This document shows, in pieces, positions 12,559 through 26,509 of a stretch of DNA of 64,000 nucleotides. Source of the DNA: Eledone cirrhosa (lineage: Eukaryota); the NCBI GenBank assembly GCA_964016885.1, contig OZ024743.1:53692001-53756000 (forward strand). The letters run 5' to 3'. Position numbers and translations under genes: made by a program. The notes below the pieces were generated by a model, which worked only from the letters and a program-made list of their open reading frames with translations, searched no databases and had not been told where the DNA came from. Position 1 is the stretch's first letter. Every line of letters begins with the position of its first letter.

Positions 12559-12638
12559 ACTTCAATGTTATGTTTGTGTGTGTGTGTGTTACTGCACACG
12601 ATTGCTGTATGTATGTGTGTGTGATACTGCACGGCAAG

Positions 12639-12700
<62 letters not shown>

Positions 12701-14710
12701 TACTGCACAGGAACGGTGAGTGTGTTTGTGTGTGTTGTGTGTGTCTGTGTATGTGTGTGTTGTGTGTGTCTGTGTGTGTGTGTGTGCACTTCAACGTCAT
12801 GTGTGTGTAATGGGTATATGTGTGTGGATGAGAGTGCACTTCAACGCTATCTGTGTATATGTGTGTATGTGTGTGTATGTGTGTGCAATTCAACGTTATA
12901 TGTGTGTGTGTATGTATGTGCACTTCAACGGTGTATGTGTGTATGTGTGTGTGTGTGTGTGCACTTCAACGTTATGTGTGTGTATGTGTGTGCACTTCAA
13001 CATTATATGTGTGCATGTGTATGTGTGTATGTGTATATGTATGCGCGTCTGTGTCTGTTAATGTACCCGTCCAATGTATGTGTGTATGTCTGCATTTCAA
13101 CGTTATGTGTGTGTATGTGAATGTGTGTATGTGTGTATGTGTGTATATGTGAATGTGTATATGTGAATGTGTGTATATGTGAATGTGTGTATATGTGAAT
13201 GTGTGTGTATGTGAATGTGTGTATATGTGAATGTGTGTATATGTGAATGTGTGTGTATGTGAATGTGTGTATGTGTATATGTGAATGTGTGTATATGTGA
13301 ATGTGTGTATATGTGTATATGTGAATGTGTGAATGTGGGTATATGTGAATGTGTGTATATGTGTGCGCGTGTGCAAAAATTGTGTGTGTGTTTGTTGTAT
13401 GTGCACTTCATCGTTAAGTGTGTGTGTATGTGTGTGGGTATGTGTGTGTATGTGTGTGTGTGTATGTGTGTGTATGTGTGCGCGGATGTGTGTGTCTGTT
13501 AATGTACCCGAAAATTGTGTGTGTGTGTGTGCGTGTGTGTGCGTGTGTGTGTGTTTCCACGTTATGTGTGTGTCTGTTGATGTATGTGTATGTGTGTGTA
13601 TGGGTGTGTGGATGTATCGATATGTGTGTATGGATATGTGTGGGTGTTTGGGTATGTGTATGTGTGGGTATGTGTGTATGGATATGTGTGGGTGTATCGG
13701 TATGTATGTGTATCGGTATGTGTGTGTATGGGTATGTGTGTATATGGGTATAGGTGTATATATGTGTGTTTATATATGTGTGTGTATATATATGTGTGTA
13801 TATATATGTGTGTGTATATATGTATATATGTGTGTGTATATATGTTTGTGTATATATGTGTGTGTATATATGTGTGTGTATATACGTGTGTGTAAGTGTG
13901 TGCGGGTCTGTGTCTTTTAATGCCCCTGAACATTGTGTGTATGTGTGCATTTCAATGTTATGTGTGTGTATGGGTATGTTTGTATACGTGTATGCAAGTG
14001 TGTATCTGTTAATGAACCTGTGAATGTGTATGTGTGTGTAATACGTGTATGTGTATTTGTATGTGTGTGTGTGTGTGTAAGACATGCATTTGTATGTGTA
14101 CGTGTTTGAATGTAAGAAATGCATTTTTATGTGTGTGTGTGTTAGACAGTCATTTGCATGTGTGTGTGTGTATGTATGTGTGTGTATGTATGTGTGTGTG
14201 TGTGTTAGACAGTCATTTGTATGTATGTGTGTGTGTGTGTTAGACAGTCATTTGTATGTGTGTATGTGTGAGGAAGACATGCATTTATATGTGTATGTCT
14301 ATGTGTGTGTGTAAGACACGCATTTATATGCGTATGTGTGTGTATAAGACATGCATTTATATGTGTATGTGTATGTGTGTGTGTGTTTAAGACATGCATT
14401 TGTATGTGTATGCGTTTGTGTGTGTAAGACATGCATTTATATGCGTATGCGTGTGTGTGTGTGCGTGTGTAAAACGCATTTGTATGTGTATGTGTGTGCG
14501 TGTGTGTGATGAGATGTATGTGTTTGTATGTATGATATGTAAGACTGTTGCATCCATCTGTACGTTTGTTAATATATATGAGTGTAGAGGGAAATGTAAG
14601 TGTTTGTGTGAGTGTGCATATGTGTATGAGTGTGTGTATGTTTATGATCGTGTTTGTGCATATGTGTATGAGTGAGTGTATGTTTATGTTTGTGTATATG
14701 TGTGTGTGTG
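11661..14710. repeat. Compound (TATG)n/(TG)n tract with higher-order units
   Basis: (TATG)n to about 12175. Units of about 130 bp containing TTACTGC(G/A)CACGATTGCTG and GATACTGCAC at about 12320, 12450 and 12588. Repeated GCACTTCAACG and AGACATGCATTT motifs further on. Confidence 0.85.
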
Positions 14711-14867
14711 TGAGAAAAGAGTGAATAGAAAAAGACGAAAATAAAGAGAAAGAGAGTGAGGAAAAGAAATAAAGAGAGATAATATAACGAATGAGAGAGA
14801 GAGAGGGGGAGATAGAATAGAAGAGAAAGTAGGCGAGAAAGAAGTATGTAGTATGAGAAAGAAAGAG

Positions 14868-14915
<48 letters not shown>

Positions 14916-15082
14916 AAGCAATCTGTGTGAGAAAGAGGAGAAAGAGAGATAGAAATGGAGAAAGTAGAAAAGAATGAGAGTGAGAGAGACCAGAAGAGAA
15001 AGTAAGTGGGAAAGAGGTGTGTATGAGAAAGAGAAAGAGAAAGAGAAAGGGAGAGAGAAGGAGAGAAAGTGTGTGTGTGTGC

Positions 15083-15120
<38 letters not shown>

Positions 15121-15705
15121 AAGAGTGAGTATGAGAGACAAAGAGAGAGAGAGAGAGAGAGAAAGAAAGAGAGAGACAGAGAGACGACTGCTGGAGAAAG
15201 AAGAGGAATTGAAGTGAGTTAGATTGAGAAAGAGAGAGAAAAAGAGATAGAAAAGAGGTGAGTAAGGAAGAAAAGAGAGATAGAGTTAGAGAGAAAGGGG
15301 AGAACAACGGAAAAGAAAGTAATAAATAGTAAAGAGAGGGGGTATATGACGGGAGAGAGAGAGAGAGAGAGCGTAAAAGAGAAGAGTGAGGGAGAGTAAC
15401 GGTGGGAGATATTCAGGGTGAAGAAAGAAAGAGTAATAGTGAAGAGAGAGATGAAGTAAGGAAGAGATAAGAGAGAAAAAGACGAAGATAAAAAAGAAAA
15501 AAAGATTGTGTAGATGAGAAGAAGAAAAAGAAGAAGAAGAAGAAGAAGAAGAAGAAGAAGAAGAAGAAGAAGAAGAAGAAGAAGAAGAAGAAGAAGAAGA
15601 AGAAGAAGATATGAAAAGGGTGGGAGTGAGAGGTTAAAAAGTTTGAGTAGAAGGCGGAGGAGAAGGAGGAGGAGGAGGGAGTTATGAAGTAGGAGGGGAG
15701 GAAAG
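14711..15705 (+). repeat. Polypurine (GA)n/(GAA)n tract of about 1 kb
   Basis: Strongly A/G-biased + strand, with (GAA)n at about 15517-15609. Confidence 0.9.
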
Positions 15706-15723
15706 TTGGCCGCGAAATAGCAG

Positions 15724-15735
15724 CAAGATGGCGGC
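15724..15735 (+). promoter_or_regulatory. YY1/Pho consensus site in the putative promoter region of the NET gene
   Basis: Exact CAAGATGGCGGC about 2.3 kb upstream of the ATG, directly after a polypurine tract. Confidence 0.4.
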
Positions 15736-17750
15736 TGCAGATGTTGATGATGATGATGATGTTGATAATGTTGTTGATGTTGGTGATAATATTGATGGTG
15801 ATGGTATCGGTATAGTTGATAGTGATGGTGATGGTGTTGTTGAGTGTAGCTATTGGCAATGATGGTGGTGATGGTGCTGTTGTCGATGGGGATGTCGGTG
15901 TAGACGGTTATGTTGAGGATGATGGTAGTGATGGTGATGGTATTATTGTTAATGGTGGTGTCGGTAATGTTGATGTTGATGTTGTTGACGGGTGAGAGCG
16001 GTGGCGTTGGGGGGAACGGGTGGCTGTGGTGCTATGGTGGTGTCGGCGATTTGCTGTTGTAGATGGTGATGGTGATAGCGCAGTTATTGTTGCTACTGGT
16101 GTTGATGCTATTGATGTTGTTGTTGGAGGGAATGGGCGGCTGCGACAAGCTGTGCTAGCTCCACTGCGACTGTGATGACCAGTAGCAGGCGATAGTTATA
16201 GCTACAGTGATAGTCATAGCCATAGCTAAAACAGTTGAAACTAGAGAAAAGCTATCAGTAGCAGCTTGGCTCTGTAGAAGCTAGCAACGTCACACAACAC
16301 ACAGAGCTTCTTCACATTTCACACAGCACAACACACAAGGAGCACCGTATATATTATGTACACACCAGCACTCGGCTAGTTCAATCTGGCCTCACCTTCC
16401 TTCTCTCTTCTATCTTTCTCTATATCGCAGATCTAGTGCACACACGCACAACACCTGACTCGTTCTTTCACACTTTCGCACCTCCCATCACACACACACA
16501 CACACACACATACATACACACATATATTCACACAAATCCACTTACATCACTTTTTATATAGATATATATACACACAAGTTGTGATGCACATGGAAAATAC
16601 GACGCACCTTTAACGGATCCGGTGATTGTACATTAAAAAAGACACACACATATATATATATATATATATATGTATATATGAACATACATATATATATGTG
16701 TATATATGGATGTGTCAATATATATACATACTATACATAATTATATACCTCCGGCATACAAAATATGATATACGTGTATATATATCTGATATAAATACTT
16801 GTATATATGGATAAATTTGGATAAATTTCAATACATATATAGCACATAACTATATATACTTATCAGGAAAACGTATAAATATACATATATATATAAATAT
16901 ATATATATAATATAACGTGTATATATTACGTAGTGGAATACACGCGCATATCAACCGTTCTGTAGAACGGGCTGTCTGTTTACAAAATTTTGCAAAGATT
17001 TAAGGAACGTTTCCACACGATTCACCGCGTTCGTTTTTATAGCTGTTGTTATTTATATTGAATTCATTCGATTTCTGACCACACCACCACCAACGAGAGC
17101 AACAGTTGTACCGATACTAACAACAAACAACACTTTATCAATCGGATTTCTATACATATCAAGGAGGAAAGAAAACAAATTAATAACGCCACACCAAGTA
17201 TAAAAGTACCGTCGAACAACAAGGATATAATATAATTGTTTCTACTTTTGGCACAAGGCCAGCAATCACCCAGTACATTACTGGTAAATAATATAATATA
17301 ATTATAAACATATGTATATTCCTATCTCTAAAGTAGGAATAAAATATTGATTTTGGTAAAATCGAAGTTGTTTTGGTGGTCATCTTAGAAATAATAATTA
17401 AAAAAATACAAGGAATAATTATAAAACCACTCAACATATAGAAAAAAAAAAGGTTTGTGCCAACATAACGTGATCAGGACACCCTAAAAGGGCTTGTTGC
17501 ACTATAAAAACACAAGTCAGCACCACAAAATCTACTATTAGTAAACCACGAGGTCTCACTTGATCTCCAACTCAAAAGACGTCTCACTATATATATATTT
17601 ATCGCCCAGGAAGGAAGGATTTGCTTGTTACCATTTTACCAATTTGGTTTTACATATAAAATATCTACCACAGAAAAAAAAATTTATTTCTTACGAAGTT
17701 GATCTATTGATCCTATAATATAAATATATATATATATATATATATACCAT

Positions 17751-17785
<35 letters not shown>

Positions 17786-18065
17786 CGTCTCCACCCCCAC
17801 ACTCTCTCTCTTTATATATATCTATATTATATTATATATATATATGTTCTCAATGTTGATGAGATCTAACATGCTTACGTACATGGATATATATTATATA
17901 CACAGCAATATATATTATTACACATGTGATATTTAAAAAAAGTACATATTATTGGGTTAAATATAATTCAACATTCTGCTTTCAACGGATAATTGAGCCT
18001 ACACCGACGACAAAAAATATTATTTATAAAAAAAATATTAAAAATTGCAACCTTAAATTGCTACA

Positions 18066-18128
18066 ATGTTAACACCAACCTCTACACAGTACCACTACCC
18101 GGAGTACTTGCAGCCTTTACCAACTACG
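18066..18128 (+). CDS. First coding exon of a NET-family (NocA/Elbow/ZNF503/ZNF703-like) zinc-finger transcriptional repressor
   Basis: ATG at 18066 encodes MLTPTSTQYHYPEYLQPLPTT, followed by a consensus phase-0 donor ACG|GTAAGT (GT at 18129). The PEYLQPLP(T/S)T peptide precedes LDAKKSPLALLAQTCS in NET proteins (recalled family knowledge). Exon 2 was not found in the window. Confidence 0.8.
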
Positions 18129-18700
18129 GTAAGTACCCGTTCAATGGAGATACTCGGATCTCTGTATAAAGGATATATATTATCAACATCACAAATTTTG
18201 CTTATTTTTTACTTATTTTTGTGGGGTTTCATAACTATTTTTGTAGTTGTATGTAATGTTTTTTTTTCATGTATGCATGCATTTACATATGTATGTATGT
18301 GTATATATATATATATATGTATATATATATTGTGTGTGTATGTGTGTACTTCGTTTTATGTATATATGATATATTCATATAAATTATGTATATATATATA
18401 TATATATATATATGTATCTGTATTTCGTTTTATGTATATGTAATATAATTTATATATAAATTATATCTATATCTATATCTTTATATATATATATATATCC
18501 ATATAAGTACATACATGCACACATACATATGGTTAGCACGTGTGTATCTATATATATGTGTATATATATCTAAATATATATATGTGTATATATATCTAAA
18601 TATACATACATACACGCTCACACATGTGCTGTTATAACCATAACCTTTCACGCATACAAAGGTTGCCTTTAAAACGTATTGTTTTATATTGTGTAATTAA

Positions 18701-18751
<51 letters not shown>

Positions 18752-19399
18752 AATATATAATATATATGTCTTTATGTATATATATATATATGCGTGTGTG
18801 CGTCTTTCTGTGTGTATATATATATATATATATATACACACACATATATGCGTCTTTCTGTGTATATATATATGTATATATATATACACACACATATATA
18901 TACGTGTGTGTGCTCCCATTTATATATTTGTGTATATTAATGCTTGACTGTAATGTAAATGTCTGACAAAATATCTCATAGTACTTGTTCTGGCTCTTTA
19001 AGTTCTGGTTTCAAATCCCAACAAGGTCAACTTATCTTTCCGGTTTCGATAAAATACATAAATACCAGTCAAGTACTGAGGTCTATTGACCACAACTCGT
19101 AAGTGCGTGTTTATTTGTGCTTCTGTGCGCGCGTGTGTGTGTGGGGTAAATAGTTGAGTGTTTGTGTGTGTGTGTAACTTAGTAAAGAGTATGTTAAGTA
19201 TTATATGCGTGTTAGATTGTAATGTGTGTTTGTGTGGGTGTGTGTGCATGTTAACTAGTAACGTGTGTGTGTGTGCTAAGTGATAATGTGATCGTATGTG
19301 TGTGCGTGTGTGTTTTCTAGCAATGTCTGTGTGTATATTTAGGATAGAAGCTTTAACATTGTAATTTGTGATGTCTCTCTCTCTCTATATATATAAATA

Positions 19400-19575
19400 C
19401 GTTATTCCGGGTTGAATCGGAGGTAACCACAGTATGTAAGGTACTCAATACATTGCAGAGTATAAAAGTTTTAATATAGATGAGATTCTACAGGACTAGA
19501 ACTGTTTCATTCTTTAGAATTCTAAAGAATGAAACAGTTCTAGTCCTGTAGAATCTCATCTATATTAAAACTTAT
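19400..19575. mobile_element. Palindromic copy of the 56151 family lacking the CUGAUGA half
   Basis: Perfect inverted repeat at about 19466-19573 centred on GAATTC 19517-19522. The left extension is the reverse complement of 56290-56358. Confidence 0.7.
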
Positions 19576-19731
19576 ATATATAAATATATATATCGGTTTA
19601 TCCCGGGTTCAATTGGGGGTAACCACAGTAAGGTACTCAATACAAAGCAGAGTATAAATATTTAGTATAGAGAAGGCTATATATATTGTATCTGTGATTA
19701 AGTTATCGTGTCTCAGCCAATGTGTGTGTGT

Positions 19732-19783
<52 letters not shown>

Positions 19784-19936
19784 CTTTAGTGCAACCTCTG
19801 TCTGAATCTGATCGTGTGTGTGTGTGCGTCTTTATACCGATATGTGTGTGTGCACGTGTGATTGTGTGTTAATATATTTGTTTATGTGTAATATACATGT
19901 GTATATATGTGCGTGTCCGTATCTGTATTTTTAATC

Positions 19937-19980
<44 letters not shown>

Positions 19981-20645
19981 ATAGAAGAAGGCTTTTAAAC
20001 AACCTCACTAACTTGTGTGTGTCTGTGTGTTAGTCTCTGTAGTTGGGATGATCTGCTGGTCTGCACTCACTCACACGCGCATATACACACACAGGCATAC
20101 ATTTATTACATACACACACACACACACACGGCTATATAAACAAACAGGCGTACACATACACACTGACACTCACTAATTATACATACACACACACATACAT
20201 TATATAACAATACATTGTAAACACACCCGCAAATCACACACGCATTTACACATACTCACTCTCACACATGCACACACACGTATTTTATTACATTACACAC
20301 CCTCATACATACACACACATTTGCACACACCACTTTACACCTTGGCGACTTTCGAGCTCGTTTATAAACCAAACCAAGTCGAAACTCTTCATTCCCTTCT
20401 CCGTGGTTTGCCATGCCGCCGCACTACCATCTAACGTTGATGGTGCAAGATAGTGGTGCAGAATTGTATATAGTCTTATCGGATAGCTCTTCTCCCCTAT
20501 CCCTCTCTTTACCATGATCTCTTTATCACCTTTATGCCCCCTCCCCCCTCTCTCGTTCTCTCTCTCTCTCATATATATATATATAATATGTGTGTGAGTG
20601 TGTGTGTGTATATGTATATCCATCTATCTATCCATCCATCCATCC

Positions 20646-20778
<133 letters not shown>

Positions 20779-20844
20779 AGGTGAAAATATTATCCTCATT
20801 CTCTCTTTCAACCTCCCTCCATCACGCTCTCTCTCCTCACACAC

Positions 20845-20876
<32 letters not shown>

Positions 20877-20880
<4 letters not shown>

Positions 20881-21280
20881 GAATTTTCTCGTTTATAAGA
20901 CAAGAAATTTAGAATGAAAATGACGGAGGCTCGTATTATATACGAGTACACGTTTACAGAAATTTTTACTGAGCTTGAAAATACTCATTTCAAATGGCAA
21001 GATTGCAAATACATGTTGATGACAATTGTTTACAAAATGAATGCAAAATGCTAAACAGCCGGTTGTGTTTCTTTAACGTGCTGAAAAACTAAATATTGCA
21101 GTGAAATCTATGTACAATCGAGATTGTGTATAGTACATGTTTACAACATAATTTACATAGATATGGCTGTATTCCGGGGTTGTAGAATTTTCAAATTGTT
21201 TTATATACAAAGAAATATGGTATATATACAATTTCTTCTTCACCGATCAAAAGAAAGAGACCTAGTCTTGTAAGAGTGAC
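20877..21280. mobile_element. Decayed pogo/Tigger-like non-autonomous DNA element
   Basis: Starts TA|CCGAATTTTCTCGTTTATAAGAC with an internal CGTATTATATACGAG. Weak right end (GTCTTGTAAGAG). Confidence 0.4.
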
Positions 21281-21346
21281 GCATTAATAAGCGGACGTTA
21301 AAACGAAGATGATACAGTTGTATATAGAAGGAAGAGTTTTATGTAC

Positions 21347-21383
<37 letters not shown>

Positions 21384-21385
<2 letters not shown>

Positions 21386-21465
21386 GGGTGGCCCCACAAA
21401 AAATAATTGTATACACATTTTATTAGAATGCTCTTGAAGTGTGTATACATTTTTAGGACACCCTG
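21384..21465. mobile_element. Short Tc1/mariner-type MITE; copies at about 22190-22288 and 39373-39482
   Basis: Imperfect TIRs of the CAGGGTGTCC(C)AAAAATGTATACAC type in three dispersed copies, TA adjacent at some ends. Confidence 0.65.
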
Positions 21466-21496
21466 TATATAGTATATGCATGGTAAATTGGGATTT

Positions 21497-21564
<68 letters not shown>

Positions 21565-22584
21565 ATAATCATATATATATATATATACATGTGTGTATGT
21601 GTATAATCATATATATATATATATATACGTATGTGTGTGTAATCATATATATACACACACACACATTCAAAAATACATACATACACGTACACTTAGACAT
21701 ATTCTAAAGTGAATGTAGAGGTTTTGCCTTGAGACCATATATTCACAACACTATATACACCAATATGTCTGTATAAACATTATAAAAGGTTGTAAATTTG
21801 ATACATCCGCTTCCATTTGTGTGTGTAAATGTGTTTTTATGTATGTTTATATGTGCATACATTTGTGTTTGTGTGTGTGCGTTTGTATATGCCAATATAT
21901 ATGTATGTCTGCATGTATGTGTATATATGTGTGTCTGTGTTAACTAGTAAAGAGTGTGTTAAGTAATATATGCGTGTTAGACAGTAATGCATGTGTATGT
22001 GCATGTTAATTAGTAACGCGTGTGTGTGTGTTAGGTAGCAATGCGTTTGTGTGTGTGCGTTAACCAGCAATGTGTTTGCATATACGAATATATATATATG
22101 TATGTATATGTGTGTATTTGTGTGAGTACCAGACTGTTTAGGTTTGTGTGTTATGTCAATTTGTTTCTTTCTATGTATGTGTGTGATATACAGTGTCCCC
22201 ACAAAATGTATACATACTTCAACAGCATTCAAATAAATATTGCCTGTACATATAATCAAAGTGTGTATACATTTTTGGGGACATCCTGTTGTCTCTGTTG
22301 TGTGGCTTAATGGACAGGGTGTTTGACTGACTATTGTAAGGTGATACGTTCGATTCATGATGAGATGTGAAAAACAACAGTAGTACCTGTTATTCAAAGG
22401 CCCAGTCAGTCTGGTCACACACAGTGTCACGCTAAATCTCACTGAGAATTGTGTATACACGTCTCCGTGGAATGCTCGAGACCGATATTTATATATTTGC
22501 CTGTGTGAATGACCTTAGGTATGTTTTACATTAGCGCCTGATTCTATTTATGCGTTTGAGTCATGATATATATATATATATATA

Positions 22585-22730
<146 letters not shown>

Positions 22731-24131
22731 TCACACAACATGCTTTTCTTTCTCTATATATTTTATGCGAAGGAGCTTGCCCTGGTAGTAAGGGAAGGTG
22801 TTGGTGTTGATCACACTCACACAATCATAAAGTCTTGACTCGATTCTAGGTCCGAGCGGCGTGATGTGTGTTTGAGCAAGAAATTTAATTTCACGCTGTC
22901 TTTCATGATAGGACTGGGACCTCTATCGTTAAAACACCCCGAGGAACCTCCCATGAAATGCAACCTCGTAAGAGATAACCTAAACCTACATAGGTGTGAG
23001 CTGTAACATGATGGGACCCCTATCATTAAAACACCCAAGAAACCTCCTACGAGCCCAGCTAAACATACATAGGTGCAAGCTGTAAAATTCATCTTTGTTT
23101 TTATTTTCTATATATATGCATCAGTTTGAGTGTGGTATATATGTGTTTGTGAAAGTGTGTATGAGCTTTGAAGTGTGTATGAGCATGCTTTTAATATGAA
23201 TATGTGCTCTGTGTTTAGTGTGTGATGATATACAACAAATATTTCGGCGTGTATGTGTGTGCGTGTGTGTGTCTGTGTGTATTATATATTGTCTACTACA
23301 ACGTCAGTGGACGGGAAAGAATTTTGTCATAACCCGAGCACTGGCCCCTGACCGCCAGTAATGGAGGCAGTTGGTGCTGCGTTCAACACTGCAGTGTCCC
23401 AACGACCCTAAAAAGGGTTAAGGGTCCATGATGATGATGATGATGATGAACACCACACAAAATCTTTTGGTGTCTTTGTGTTTGGGCGCGCTCGTGTGTT
23501 TTATATATTGTATATTAATTGTTTCTACTTTTGGCACAAGGCCAGCAATTAATCAGTGTGTATTACTGGTACTTTATTTTATCGATCCCGTAAGGATGAA
23601 AGGCAAAGTTAACCTCGGCGGGATTTGAACTCAGAATGGCAAGGGCCATATTAATGGCATGCGATAATGTTTATTTCTCTGTATGTCTGAATGTACGTAT
23701 GTGTCTGTGTGTATGCTGATATGTGTGTCTAAGTTATGTTCTGGTATAACAAGTATGTCTGTATGTGTATGTGTGTGTGTGTGTTTTGGTTATAACAACA
23801 GCGTGTATTTATGTATGTGTTATGGCATAACATATTTCTGTGTATGTTTATGTGGGTGTATGTATGTATTTGTGTGTGTATGTGTGTGTGTGTATGCGTG
23901 TGGGTTATGGTTCAATAATGCCGTGTATTTCTGTATGTGCGTGAGAGGGAGTGAGTATAACAACGACATATATTTATGTGTGTGTGTGATTGTGTTAGTT
24001 ATGGTATAATGACAACGTGTATATTTGTATGTGTGAGTGATGCCTGTGTTACGGTGGGTGGGGGTGGGGGGTATAACAACGACGTATATTTCTGTATGCA
24101 TGTATGCATAGATGTGTGTGTGTATGCATGG

Positions 24132-24162
<31 letters not shown>

Positions 24163-25059
24163 CATGGATGTGTGTGTGTGTATGCATGGATGTATATGTG
24201 TGTGCATGTATGTATGTATGTATGTGTTTGTATGTGAGTTATGGTATTGCAACGACCTGTATTTCTGTGTGTGCTTGTGTGTGTGTTATGGCATAATATC
24301 AACGTGTATTTTTCTATGTGTGTGTGTATGTGTATGTGATAACGCCAGGTATGAGTATGTTGTTATAAAATGGAAGCATGGTCGATTGTTTAATAAGTTT
24401 AAATGGTGGTATGACCGATTGTTAAATTGGTCTATCTCGCAGTCGTGATATTCCGGGTTCCACTAATCTACTGGTCATCTTAGGCAGGCGCGAGTGTCTT
24501 TTACATATACCCTCGTTTAACCCCAAGGTTTATGAGAAAAATTGGGTTGGCGAGAACTGGGACTCCTCGGGAAATCCCGTCAGATGGATACTGTGTCATG
24601 CATGATAAACCTGCCTGAGTATCATTAGGTTGGCAACGACATACACTCATACATGCACACATGCATGTACACATACATATACATACCTACATAAATACAT
24701 ACATAACCACATCCACCCATACATACATGCATGCATGCATGTTTAAATACATACATACATGTTTACATACATACACACGTATATATACATATATACATAA
24801 ATACATACATACATTCTAAAGGTTTTTCAAATATATTAAGTGTTGTTTTTAAAGGTTCTGGACTTAAAAATTATAGCTATAGAATTTTAATATTTTTAAT
24901 ATTTATAAGATTATAATTTACATATAAATGGTAAATATTTTACCACAGGAAATATATATATTGAAGTCTGTGGAATTCTCTGTCATTTACGCGTTAATAT
25001 GAACTATATCCTCCATTATCTCAGCCACATCTGTAACTGTTTAAAACGTTGAATAAGGT

Positions 25060-25420
25060 TACAAAGAGTGCTGGATTCAAACAGTTCTAAATCCAGGGTC
25101 CTCTCACTCTTGTTGGAGGAAACCCTCCCTGGTTGACCTCCACCGCTTCCTATCTCTCACTATAGTGGGCTATGTGGGCCCAAGGTATCGGGTCGGATTA
25201 TCGCACCATCCGATCTTTGGTTCTTCTCCACTGCCTTTGTGTCCACTTGTCTCTGAAACGAGAGGAGAGACATGGCCAGCTCATCTATGTTTTTGCCCTT
25301 CTTGATGTTCTCGATTGGATTGTCCTTCATGCCAGAATGTTGTCATATACCCTTAAATTATATTTTATCAAGAACAGGTTCGATAGAATCACCTCTATGC
25401 CTTGTGGAGACTATCCAGAA
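25060..25420 (-). mobile_element. Decayed RTE-type LINE 3' fragment
   Basis: Minus strand reads (W)AGHVSSRFRDKWT, resembling the RTE C-terminal WAGHV.R..D.RWT motif. Confidence 0.5.
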
Positions 25421-26509
25421 ACTTAATGTTATTATTTATTCCAATATAAATGTTACCAGTGTGAGAAAGAGGGATTTTAAAACTGACCCATCAAATAACT
25501 ACTCTGTTATGAGGTGCAATATATCAAGAATTTACCAACAAGATATTCCAATTGTCAATAACATTTAACTGCTCGTTTGTCACCTTCCTTTTCTTAATTT
25601 TGCTCAATTTCTCTTGTTTGTTTACTAATTACAAAGGCTATTATCCAGGTGAACCAACGCTTAAAGTGATAAATAAATACTCTCGGGTCTTGAATAATCA
25701 TTCCAACTCCCCACATATTAAATTGTGCTAATCTATCTCGTGCGAAATTTTATTTTAAGTGATAGAATTCCTTAAAAACATTATACATGACAAAAAAGTA
25801 CATTACTAGAAATCCCATACGTTATAAAAGACGATGGGTTGGGGGTCTCAATATGTAAGCTAAACGACTAATTGTGGTTTTCCAAATATTTACCGATATC
25901 CCACCCTCTCCACTTATTCCAAACCCTTATTATTTGGGGCCAGGGAGTAAATAATGATTAAAATGTCTAGCTGACAAAACACTCACCATAGAATTCGACG
26001 GAGATCCGTTTACTATTTTATTTTACTGTATGTTTCTATATGTGTGTGTGTGTGTGTTTAGCGTCCATGTTTGTGTGTGTGCGTGTTTCCGTGCATATGT
26101 ATGTGCACGTGTCCTTTTCGCTATTTTGATCTCCGATTAATATTCTATTGAAATACATCGTCCAGAATCTCACCAACACACACACGCGGCAAATAGGGGT
26201 TGCTCTTGGCGTGAATGCAGCACCCGTAACGTTGAAAACCCGAATCTGCATACAAAATGTTAGATAATAATGTTAGTGAATGTTATTATATTTCTGACAG
26301 ATTTTATCGAACGTTTTGTTTGGTTTGTGACTGTAAATAAATGCTTTATTAATATTATCATTATTCAATTTTATTTGCACAATGATGATCTTATTAACAC
26401 TGGATCATTTAATTGACTTCCTATCAAGTTAAGTAACCTTGGATAGACGATTTCTCGCAGGATATTTGCTGTTCCCATTGTTATTGTTATCATTATTTAT
26501 ATTATTTGA

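Noticed and set aside
15728-15862. Short acidic ORF starting inside the YY1 motif
   Set aside because: About 44 codons of GAT/GGT/GTT low-complexity sequence, no support as a gene.
16810-16872. Minus-strand CTGATAA...GAAA with a TA-rich stem
   Set aside because: Core mismatch, no stem I, and the stem is explained by TA repeats.
22310-22360. tRNA genes at A/B-box-like segments (also near 29160, 59110 and 61730)
   Set aside because: No full cloverleaf, and they continue into SINE bodies.
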